DNA of 32,000 bases, taken from Candidatus Heimdallarchaeota archaeon. GTDB lineage: Archaea; Asgardarchaeota; Heimdallarchaeia; Heimdallarchaeales; Kariarchaeaceae. Made by a program: the position numbers and the translations under genes. The notes under the pieces are model-generated. The model made no database searches and was not told the origin of the DNA. It saw nothing but the letters and a program-made list of their open reading frames with translations. The number at the start of each line of letters is the position of its first letter. Within the stretch, counting starts at the first letter, position 1. The stretch is taken from assembly GCA_030149205.1 (NCBI GenBank), contig JASBSB010000006.1, positions 270,001 to 302,000 on the forward strand, in the 5' to 3' direction. Below, one piece after another: positions 9,255-17,366 of the stretch.

Positions 9255-9618
9255 TTATTCCTTCTCTTTTTCTCTCTCTTTTTCTTTCTCTATTTCCAGG
9301 TTTATTTCTAAGTACTCTTTATATGATATCCCATTCTTATCCAAGTGATTTTGTGCATTCTTAGATATTCTTCCCCTCGATGTTGCAATACCAACATTAT
9401 CCCTTTGAGTTATTTTTTTTGCGGTTTGGATGTTCATCCCTCTTTCATGTGTTGTAATTCTTTTTTTCTTACCCAATTTCCTAACCTCTAGTATTATATC
9501 TAATTATTCTCATTATTTTTTCATGATCTTTTTCATCATACTCTAATTCAGATCCAATTCTCGTTACCTTAATCCCTCTCCTTCTAAAAAGAACCATTAA
9601 TGAATTAAGATTTCTCAT
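9255..9618 (-). pseudogene. Possible frameshifted restriction-endonuclease-like (Mrr/PD-(D/E)xK) remnant, or two small ORFs (9481..9618 and 9255..9476)
   Basis: A 45-aa ORF (MRNLNSLMVLFRRRGIKVTRIG...) overlaps an open frame 9255..9503 reading LDIILEVRK...VGIATSRGRISKNAQNHLDKNGI; the resemblance is by eye only. Confidence 0.35.
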
Positions 9619-10007
9619 AATATAACTAGATAATTTAACTCGAACCATACTTTTGAAAAGAGAAATAACTAATAAATGTTATTGACATCGCTTGAATCAA
9701 TGTTATAATTGAAACATATGCTATTTTTATTTAAATTATTATTTTATTTTAAAAATTTTAAGAATTTAAGAAGAAATCTTTGTTAATTAAGATAAATACG
9801 GATAGGTGATACGGGCTCCTAAAAATTATATCACCTCCTTGAATTTTATTTCAACAGTTACAATTTCTAAATTTTCGTTATAAAATTATTCATGTCAAAA
9901 CCCTTTCCACAGTCTTTTCCAAATCAGTGTTGTCAACCTGAAAAATGAATCCCTTAAATTCAAATGTTTGTAGAAAAGTATTAATTGTGGAATAATATAA
10001 ATAATAT

Positions 10008-10280
10008 ATGGCATCTTCAATAAAAATCAAAGATGAGACAAAAACTGAGCTTGACAAGTTACAAGCACAACTAATAATAAGGATAGGGAAGAAAATATCA
10101 CAGCAAGACCTAATTGAACTATTAGTGAAAAAGGGTTCTCGTAATATAGATGAATTAATTGAATTCAAGCCATTAGATCCCTCAATTATTGATGAGATAT
10201 TATCAGCATCATCGAAATCAAAAATTCAAACAACTCCCGATATGCTCGATGACTTATTAAAGAGGGAGATGATTAGTTAA
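10008..10280 (+). CDS. vapB: VapB-type antitoxin with an RHH-like N-terminus, paralog of 5224..5481
   Basis: MASSIKIKDETKTELDKLQAQL...GKKISQQDLIE aligns by eye with MPTTIKISDASKNKLEKLRARL...GRKFKQEELID; abuts a PIN gene. Confidence 0.75.
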   Translation: MASSIKIKDETKTELDKLQAQLIIRIGKKISQQDLIELLVKKGSRNIDELIEFKPLDPSIIDEILSASSKSKIQTTPDMLDDLLKREMIS

Positions 10281-10679
10281 TTGAAATATTTCATTGACAC
10301 ATCGTTTCTATTTGCAATAGCTAGTGAGGATGACAAATATCACAAGAGAGCAGTTAACAAATTAAAATCTTTTAGAAAAACTGAAAACATCCAATTAATT
10401 ACTTCAGATTATGTAATTGATGAATTACTGTTGTTATTAATGAAATACCAGAACATGAACAATGCAATACATTGGAGTGAAATCATTATGGAAGGTAAAT
10501 TCTGTTCCTTATATTTCTGCAACAATATGATTTTCAATTCTGCAATCAGTATCTTTCAATCTGAAGCAGATGAAAGAAAGCCATTAACATTGACAGATGC
10601 TGTTGTATATGTTTCCAGCAAAACATTATCTTGTGATGAAATTTTGACCTATGATAATAGGTTGAAAAATTATCGATAG
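10281..10679 (+). CDS. vapC: VapC PIN-domain ribonuclease toxin
   Basis: YFIDTSFLFA, DD-x-H-x-x-A, TSDYVIDEL, LTLTDA and TYD motifs; TTG start directly after the antitoxin stop. Confidence 0.9.
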   Translation: MKYFIDTSFLFAIASEDDKYHKRAVNKLKSFRKTENIQLITSDYVIDELLLLLMKYQNMNNAIHWSEIIMEGKFCSLYFCNNMIFNSAISIFQSEADERKPLTLTDAVVYVSSKTLSCDEILTYDNRLKNYR

Positions 10680-10772
10680 GTAAAACTACATAAAAAAAAT
10701 TCAGTTTGTACTTTTTGCATAGATTCAAAATTTACAATCAATCTTTATAAATTAAATTCAATTATAATTTTT

Positions 10773-11210
10773 ATGAAGCTATTTTTGACAGTTAAGGAAG
10801 GATCCAAACAAAGAAGAGTTTTCGACTATAAGGTGATGTTCTTTCTTAACAAAGGTTTTATACTTCGAGGAACTAATCTGATAATTGATCCCCACAATTA
10901 TGACATTTCCTCTAATGGTTACCTCTACGCTGCGTTTGAAAAAGATCTGCCAGATAATGTTGATATAGAACTTAAAAGAAGAATACTTGGATTAGAATTA
11001 AAAAAAATTTTGTCAAATCAAAGATATAATGTCTATTTAATTGATATAAAGACGAATAAGGAGTACGGTCCAGGGGATAATTATGAAAATATCCCTGATG
11101 AATACGAACAAGAATTTAGATTAAAAAAACAAGAGCTTGAGGGTCGGATTGAGGTCTTCCTTAGAACTAATGACAAACTCACTCGTAAAATACCCGAACA
11201 TAAGATTTAA
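10773..11210 (+). CDS. Hypothetical protein, possibly truncated by a nonsense codon (frame stays open to 11369)
   Basis: 145-aa ORF with TTTATAA 23-29 nt upstream; 52 further sense codons follow the TAA in the same frame. Confidence 0.65.
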   Translation: MKLFLTVKEGSKQRRVFDYKVMFFLNKGFILRGTNLIIDPHNYDISSNGYLYAAFEKDLPDNVDIELKRRILGLELKKILSNQRYNVYLIDIKTNKEYGPGDNYENIPDEYEQEFRLKKQELEGRIEVFLRTNDKLTRKIPEHKI

Positions 11211-11641
11211 GAACTTTCAAGATTAGAAGGATTTTTGAATTTAAAATCTCCAGAATTGAATCTATTGATTGACAACGATAAGATGAATAAATATGAAAGT
11301 TACAGGGATGAAGCTTTAGAACTTAAAGCTTATAGAACAAAATTTTTATTGGGACCTATAGAATTCTAACCCTTAAAAAAAAATCAAAATAAAAACCCTG
11401 AATCTAAACTATCTAAAACAAATTTTAGTACCTTGAAAGTCTATATTTTTTGGCTTTGAGTTCTTTAGTGAGTTTAATCGAATTTTGAACGATAGAATCA
11501 ATTTTCTTGTTCCTCACTTATTCGATTAAAATAAACAATAATTGTCAAAATGAAAAATAAATGACATAAATCAGATATTTATTTGATAAAACAAATTGAA
11601 CTGTAAAATTTTATTAGAGATTATTTTCAAGTAGAGTTAAT

Positions 11642-12487
11642 ATGCAGTACTCTCTTGATAAACTGAAAGAATTAGGATTACTACTTGAACATGAGAATGT
11701 TGCAGATTTTCGATCTGATTTTTATAATACTAAACTCTGGGCTGAAGTATTTTGGAGTAGAAAATATTCTCATGAAAGGAGACTGGATCCAGAGATTGAT
11801 GTTGTGAAAAAATATAACCCAAAAAAGGTTCTTGAAATAGGGTCTGGATATGGAAGGTTTACCTTGAAACTTACTCGGATACTTGAAGATGCATCAATAC
11901 ATGGTGTGGAAACGTGTACACATTTTAAGAAATATGTTGACATTTATACTAAAGATAATCCAAAGTTGATGGATGTTACATTTTCCTTTGTTGATTTTTT
12001 CAATAATGAGGAATTTACTGAAAAGAACTTTGATCAAATCATATTACCCATGAATACACTGTCATCATTTCCATTAGAGACTTATCCTCAAATTTTTGAA
12101 AAGGTAAAGGATCACCTAACCAAAGATGGGAAGTTTATATTCAGTACCCACAAGGGTTCTCCGGAGAAAATTGAAGAATATTTGAAACATTATTTGGAAA
12201 GGTATTCATCTGAAATGATTTTAAGGTGGGGGATTGATAGAATACTGGTTGAGGATTTCAATACAGATTATGAGGTTAAAAATTATGGTGCAAAGATCAA
12301 TTCTTTGAAAGTGAATACACGATTTGATTTCAATTATTCAATTATTGAACGAAATTTATTCACATTCCATAGAGAATACATTTTTCACGAATTCTTTGAT
12401 AATTATATTCGGAAATTGAATTTTGAAATTGTTGAAAAGGATTCATCATCACATTCTAATGTTTATGTGTTGCAAGCGATTAGGTAA
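11642..12487 (+). CDS. Class I SAM-dependent methyltransferase
   Basis: Motif I VLEIGSGYGR; downstream VDFF, FDQIILP and LTKDGKFIF motifs. Confidence 0.87.
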   Translation: MQYSLDKLKELGLLLEHENVADFRSDFYNTKLWAEVFWSRKYSHERRLDPEIDVVKKYNPKKVLEIGSGYGRFTLKLTRILEDASIHGVETCTHFKKYVDIYTKDNPKLMDVTFSFVDFFNNEEFTEKNFDQIILPMNTLSSFPLETYPQIFEKVKDHLTKDGKFIFSTHKGSPEKIEEYLKHYLERYSSEMILRWGIDRILVEDFNTDYEVKNYGAKINSLKVNTRFDFNYSIIERNLFTFHREYIFHEFFDNYIRKLNFEIVEKDSSSHSNVYVLQAIR

Positions 12488-12554
12488 TATATTTTTTGAA
12501 TTTACCTTTTGTTAATATAGTAATACAGTTCATTGTGTACCCCTTTAACAGACT

Positions 12555-12949
12555 GTGGAAAGTGATATAACACCATCTGATTGCCCAGTTGAGACGTATT
12601 ATGCTGACAAGTCCTACTGCGGGGAGAATATTATCGGGCTGCTGGCTCAGGAGTCAGTTCAGACGTCGATCCCCAAGAAATCAAATCTCAGGGTTTATAG
12701 AACTTCCAGTCCCATAGATAGAATGGGTCGGTTGCAAAGCCAACATCTAGGCATTTACAGGAGAAACTGCCGGGTGTACCTCAGAGCCAAAGCTGAGCAG
12801 GTATTTGGTTACCTGAAACAGCGAACACGCCTCCTGCGGGATCACAAGGCTAAAAACAAGTAGAAGACCTTTATGTGCTCTGTGGTCTGGTAAAACCTCA
12901 GAATCCGAGCTCAGGGGTGATCCCAGTGTAAACGAATTTTGGGACAAGC
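12555..12949 (+). mobile_element. IS5-like (DDE_Tnp_1) insertion-sequence relic: transposase 3' fragment plus right terminal repeat
   Basis: YADKSY, SIPKKSN, Y-x-R-x-x-AEQVFGYLK; the frame continues through stops at 12861 and 12891 to VVW*NL, ending at TGA 12920; putative end GAATTTTGGGACAAGC at 12934-12949; locally GC-richer. Confidence 0.78.
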
Positions 12950-13000
12950 TTATTAGAAGAAAAAAATATAAATACTTTCATTTAATAGTTTGTTTCTGCA

Positions 13001-14452
13001 TTATAAAAGTTGTGTTACCCTTTTCAGTCCATTTAATAATACTGGTGACTTTGGATTGATTGATAATCCTCTTCCCAAAATTTTTTTTGCATAAATAAAA
13101 TCTTTCATATCAATTAGTAACCACCCAAATCCTCCTAAAGCATATTCATTATTTGGTTCAAATGTTAAAACCTGTTCATAAATTCTTTTAGATTTTTCAA
13201 AGTTTCCGATTTTTCTAAGTGCAGCCGCATAGCCGATTTGTGTAACAATTCCTTCTACACTATTCAATGATTGCTTTAGTAATAATCTTTCATAGAGAAA
13301 AATAGCATCTTGATATTTTTGCATTGATTTTTTCAATGCAGCAGTTGCAATTAAAACAGCACTATGGTTTGGATCTATAGATAAGCCTCTTTCTAATATA
13401 TTTTCAGCTTCATTTAGTTTTCGAATATCTCTATAACAACCACCTAGACTTGCATAAGAATCTAGCTCTGATTCATTAATTTCAATTGCTTTTTTGTGGT
13501 AGCTAATGGCTTTTTGATAATTTTTAATACGTCTATGCAATATACCTAAATGCGAATATATTATACTTTTGTCCGGATATTCCTCGATCAATAATTCCAT
13601 TTTTCTATTTGCTTCTTCAAAATCTCCTATTTGAAATGATGTAAGTGCATACATCCATTTAACGGCAAATAAATTCTCTTGATTTAGATTATCAATTTCA
13701 ATCTGAGAAAAAATCTCTAATGATTTTGAAGGATTACCAACTAAGAAGTATAGATTACCTCTTGCAATTTGCCAATCAATTGGCCATTCTTCCTCAGTGT
13801 GTTTTCTCAACCACTGTAATAATGTTTCGAATTCTTCTATAATTTCATTCCAAAGGATTATTTTTGTGTCTGAAGTTTCAATGTATAAAAACTCAGGAAT
13901 TTCTTCAAGAATATACTTTATATTCTTCTCAACAATTGATCTTATTTTTTTTCCTTTTTTTGATGTTACGTCATACCCATCCTTATAAAACCAAAATACA
14001 AAGGTACTAATTTTATGCTTGGAATAAGGACTAGACAGAATATTTCTGTAACTAAAATTGATTGAATAAGTGTTTTGTTCATTTAATTTCTGAAGTTTAT
14101 CTTCTAACTCTTCATTGATATTTTGCCAATAACAAATCCCATCTTTTTGAGTTAAATCAACCACACATAAAAATATTGGATTTTCATGATTTGCCCAATG
14201 TTTTAGCCATTCAGTTTTGAAAGAATATGTTAATTGATTATGTTGATTGTACTTTGGTGATTTAGTTCCTTTTATCTGTACTTTAAAAGCATTGTATGTC
14301 CCAATTTCCTCATCAATTGGTATCTTCACATAAAGATCTTCACCAAAGTCTTGGTTCATTTCTTCAACAACCCAATTCCATTTCTGTAAAATAGAAATTA
14401 CATAATTAACTGCGTTTCGTTCTGTATTATACGTATTATTTACTTTTGGCAT
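13001..14452 (-). CDS. DUF4365 (restriction endonuclease-like) N-terminal domain fused to about 7 TPR repeats
   Basis: ERNAVNYV...QDFGEDLYV...FKVQIKGT is the DUF4365 D-G-D...QxK pattern; the C-terminal half has ~34-aa repeats (e.g. YSHLGILHRRIKNYQKAISYHKKAIEINES). ATG 14452 preferred over GTG 14461. Confidence 0.85.
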   Translation of the reverse strand: MPKVNNTYNTERNAVNYVISILQKWNWVVEEMNQDFGEDLYVKIPIDEEIGTYNAFKVQIKGTKSPKYNQHNQLTYSFKTEWLKHWANHENPIFLCVVDLTQKDGICYWQNINEELEDKLQKLNEQNTYSINFSYRNILSSPYSKHKISTFVFWFYKDGYDVTSKKGKKIRSIVEKNIKYILEEIPEFLYIETSDTKIILWNEIIEEFETLLQWLRKHTEEEWPIDWQIARGNLYFLVGNPSKSLEIFSQIEIDNLNQENLFAVKWMYALTSFQIGDFEEANRKMELLIEEYPDKSIIYSHLGILHRRIKNYQKAISYHKKAIEINESELDSYASLGGCYRDIRKLNEAENILERGLSIDPNHSAVLIATAALKKSMQKYQDAIFLYERLLLKQSLNSVEGIVTQIGYAAALRKIGNFEKSKRIYEQVLTFEPNNEYALGGFGWLLIDMKDFIYAKKILGRGLSINPKSPVLLNGLKRVTQLL

Positions 14453-14642
14453 ACTTATCACTTCATTAATTCTGGTTATTAATTAGATAATGAGCATAAT
14501 TGCACCCTTTTCATCATTAATTCAAAGAACCCCATATTAATAAAAATTGTTAACATTATTAAAAATACTCTTTTATTGGATTTGTTAATTTGATCCTTTT
14601 AATGAAGATTTTATAAAATAAAAGAGTAAAATTTTGAACTAT

Positions 14643-14713
14643 AATTAGTTTACACAGGAATCACCCCCTGAGCTTGAGGGTTTAGTGCTTGTCCAAGGAG
14701 TTTTTGAACAAGC
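14643..14713 (-). mobile_element. Second, inverted and highly deleted fragment of the same IS, plus a 27-bp element with two terminal repeats
   Basis: The reverse complement of 14643-14673 (GCTCAGGGGGTGATTCCTGTGTAAACTAATT) matches 12908-12938 (GCTCAGGGGTGATCCCAGTGTAAACGAATT); 14687-14713 reads GCTTGTCCAA-GGAGTTT-TTGAACAAGC. Confidence 0.7.
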
Positions 14714-14789
14714 TTATTATAAATTAAGAGTACACCTTTGAAAGATTAGAATGCAGAATATTTAATTACATAAAGACCAAATATTACAT

Positions 14790-15176
14790 GTGGATATTAA
14801 TTTAGTTTATCACAATCTGGCAAATTCTCAACCAAATTTGTTAAAACTTCAATTTCAGGAGCAATTGAAGAATATAATCTCTCTCTGCAAACAGAGTGAT
14901 CTTCTATTAGAAAACAATCATCCTGAGCATTTAATAGGAATATTGAAAATCAAATTTCAGGAGTTTACTAATTTTATAGTATTAGTGGAATATGTACAAA
15001 AGAAGGATGATAATATATCATATGATCATAGAGATATCAGAGTGATCTGGCTAGTTAATCCAGAAACCGAAAAACCAATTGAACTAGAACTAACATATGA
15101 TCGGGGTTATTGGAACCAATTTGGAATTTATAATTGGAAGGAATTCAAGTTGCAAATAATGAAAAAGGTCAATTAA
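14790..15176 (+). CDS. Hypothetical protein, first gene of a putative three-gene operon
   Basis: 128-aa ORF, GTG start with TTTAAT 24-29 nt upstream; its end overlaps the longest start of the next ORF. Confidence 0.65.
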   Translation: MDINLVYHNLANSQPNLLKLQFQEQLKNIISLCKQSDLLLENNHPEHLIGILKIKFQEFTNFIVLVEYVQKKDDNISYDHRDIRVIWLVNPETEKPIELELTYDRGYWNQFGIYNWKEFKLQIMKKVN

Positions 15177-15562
15177 AACTAATCAGAGGATTAAACTTGA
15201 CATGTAATAACAATAATGATAATTTTCCTTACTTTTGGGAAAAAATCAATCCAACAATATATCACACAATTTTATTGATTGCTGGTTTTTTAAGGGACTT
15301 AAACCTATTTACATCATTTCAATCATATTTTCATGGTTCAATAACTTTAAAGAACCACATTCCAAAAGATATCGATTTAATAATAGTTTGCAATGATAAA
15401 GTAAAGACAATATTTCAGAGAATGTTTATCAAGTTACAGAAGGAAGTACCAATTCAACTAGATGTGATTTACTTCAATAGAGTAGAATTTTCTAAAGCAC
15501 TCGAAAATCCAAACCACCTTCTGAATACTAATAAGTCTATAATTGAAATATCACTTAATTAA
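15134..15562 (+). CDS. Minimal nucleotidyltransferase (pol-beta superfamily, MNT-like)
   Basis: YFHGS...KDIDLIIV (GS plus DxD) and third aspartate in QLDVIYF; the exact start is uncertain. Confidence 0.82.
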   Translation: MEGIQVANNEKGQLKLIRGLNLTCNNNNDNFPYFWEKINPTIYHTILLIAGFLRDLNLFTSFQSYFHGSITLKNHIPKDIDLIIVCNDKVKTIFQRMFIKLQKEVPIQLDVIYFNRVEFSKALENPNHLLNTNKSIIEISLN

Positions 15563-17140
15563 ATGCATTCATATCATCAAATCTCGCCATTGCAAGCTTG
15601 GTTTCGATTTTTACTAGATTATACTTCATCAATACACGAAGGTGAGAATAGGCTTCAAGGAAACAGGAACCGCAAGACAAAATTTTACTTATTTTCTTTG
15701 GAAAACTTATTTCTATTAAATAGGATTGCAAAAGACAAAAAAATTGATTCGTTTGTTTCAAGCAAAATTGATGCAAAAATTGACGCCATACTTGATATTT
15801 TACAAAATCCACCAACAACCAATTATTATCAGGAATGTAATCCTCATAGCAATTCGTATGAAAAAATTCCTGATTGGCCATGTTATTGGATAATGAGAGA
15901 ACTATATTATCGTTTTCTTGAAAAAAAAATCGGAGAAGAACGTTTTAATCAAAATACCAGATTAATTTCATCAATTGATAATTACTTGTATACACGTATA
16001 CCAGAAATTGGATCGAAGTTCAATATAATTTCAAAACCAGCAATATTTATAGCAGTTTTTGGCTATAGTGTATATGATGTAATTTCGAAGTTTGGTAAAC
16101 CAAAATATTATCAAACAGCTGTAGGTTTTAGAGATAATTGTCATAATTATATAATCGATTTTATAGAAAATCTCAGTCAAAATATCACTGAGGTAGATTC
16201 TGAAAAAAGTATTATACTACACTCGATGTTAATTGATTTCTTAGTGAATAATCATGGTAGTGCTTATCAAGATCAAATTAATGAATTAAAGTCAAATATA
16301 GAAATAATAATAAACGAATTGGATAGGATAGCTGATGTACCTGCTGCATTAAGTCTGCTTGTTGATGTCGAGAATGATTTGTATGGAAAATTATTAAAGA
16401 AATCGGTTGAAATTTATAAAAATGATTTTAGTGGTTCTGCTTATACTAAAACAGCAGAACCTGCATATATTTATATCTTAGATACACTTAATACTAATGA
16501 GAAAAATTTAGTTGATGAAGTTATTTGGCTTTTTGAACCATCAAAGCATGAATTTAATAGTTACATCGTTCATCATACTATTCGAATATTAAATATGATT
16601 AATAGTAATAGTTCTATGCTAACCCTAATAAATACAGAAAAAACAAAAATTAAAGAAAAGTACTTTAGAGACCATTTCCAGTCGCATTTTGAACTATTAG
16701 GAAATAGCTCTGGAACTTTTTCTATTAGTGCAGAAGACCCCAATAGAAGGGAGGGTTTTTCAGACCTTGTGATTAAAGACAATATAATAAATAGTCAAAT
16801 GACTATTAGTTGTAAGGTATGGAAAAGAAATTTTGATGACCATCCACCAGTATATCAATTAATCGGTGATATGGGTACACATGAAACTGTAGGGATACTA
16901 TTTATGGTTAATAATAGCATTAAAAAGAAAATTGATGAAGAATACATTGAACTACTAATTAAAAATCATCAATTATATGTTGAAAATTCATTTAAGGAAA
17001 TTAATAAAAATAATGGTGTTTCCCATTATTTGTCAAAATATTACATTGATGATGTAGTTTATACCATTCATCACATTATTTTCAATATTGGCCCTTTCAT
17101 TAAAACTGAAAATCCCTATGAAAAAGTTAGAAAGAAATAA
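15563..17140 (+). CDS. Large protein with an unknown helical N-terminus and a C-terminal PD-(D/E)xK nuclease-like domain
   Basis: EKYFRDHF...SAEDPNRREGFSDLVIK...TISCKVW...VYQLIG...GILFMVN matches the E..RD / G.sD / ExK-W / QL pattern, but ExK reads SxK; TAA-ATG abuts the NTase gene. Confidence 0.7.
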   Translation: MHSYHQISPLQAWFRFLLDYTSSIHEGENRLQGNRNRKTKFYLFSLENLFLLNRIAKDKKIDSFVSSKIDAKIDAILDILQNPPTTNYYQECNPHSNSYEKIPDWPCYWIMRELYYRFLEKKIGEERFNQNTRLISSIDNYLYTRIPEIGSKFNIISKPAIFIAVFGYSVYDVISKFGKPKYYQTAVGFRDNCHNYIIDFIENLSQNITEVDSEKSIILHSMLIDFLVNNHGSAYQDQINELKSNIEIIINELDRIADVPAALSLLVDVENDLYGKLLKKSVEIYKNDFSGSAYTKTAEPAYIYILDTLNTNEKNLVDEVIWLFEPSKHEFNSYIVHHTIRILNMINSNSSMLTLINTEKTKIKEKYFRDHFQSHFELLGNSSGTFSISAEDPNRREGFSDLVIKDNIINSQMTISCKVWKRNFDDHPPVYQLIGDMGTHETVGILFMVNNSIKKKIDEEYIELLIKNHQLYVENSFKEINKNNGVSHYLSKYYIDDVVYTIHHIIFNIGPFIKTENPYEKVRKK

Positions 17141-17366
17141 CAAATAGTACCTTACTCTTATCTCAAAATGAATTGAATGCAAACTTTAAAAAATATAAAC
17201 ACTCTAACAGCTATATTAAATATATGTATACAAACCAAATTCAGAATAATATCATTCTCATTTATTCTGAAAAATGACTTCTCATTCCCGTTATTTTTAA
17301 AATGTGTTCCCATTTTTTCTGAAAACACTCAATATTTGAATGGTTTTGAATTGTTGTTTTAAGTTT

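Noticed and set aside
9804-9836. Inverted repeat AGGTGATA-N17-TATCACCT in an intergenic region
   Set aside because: Single 8-bp-arm occurrence with no second copy and no obvious regulated promoter; may be chance.
14790-15176. Weak resemblance of the 128-aa ORF to DUF4258/BrnT-like RNases or E2-like folds
   Set aside because: Only a strand-pattern impression (IVLVEY...IRVIWLVNP) with no diagnostic residues; left unassigned pending a structure search.
8413-17140. Type III CBASS (CD-NTase, HORMA, TRIP13, NucC) assembled from the AAA ATPase, NTase and nuclease genes
   Set aside because: The ATPase is about 6 kb from the NTase with unrelated genes between, the NTase is minimal-sized, and no HORMA domain is recognisable.
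17177-17362. 61-aa plus-strand ORF after the NTase operon
   Set aside because: Low-complexity I/F/N/K composition with no motif, in an AT-rich convergent intergenic gap; not supportable.
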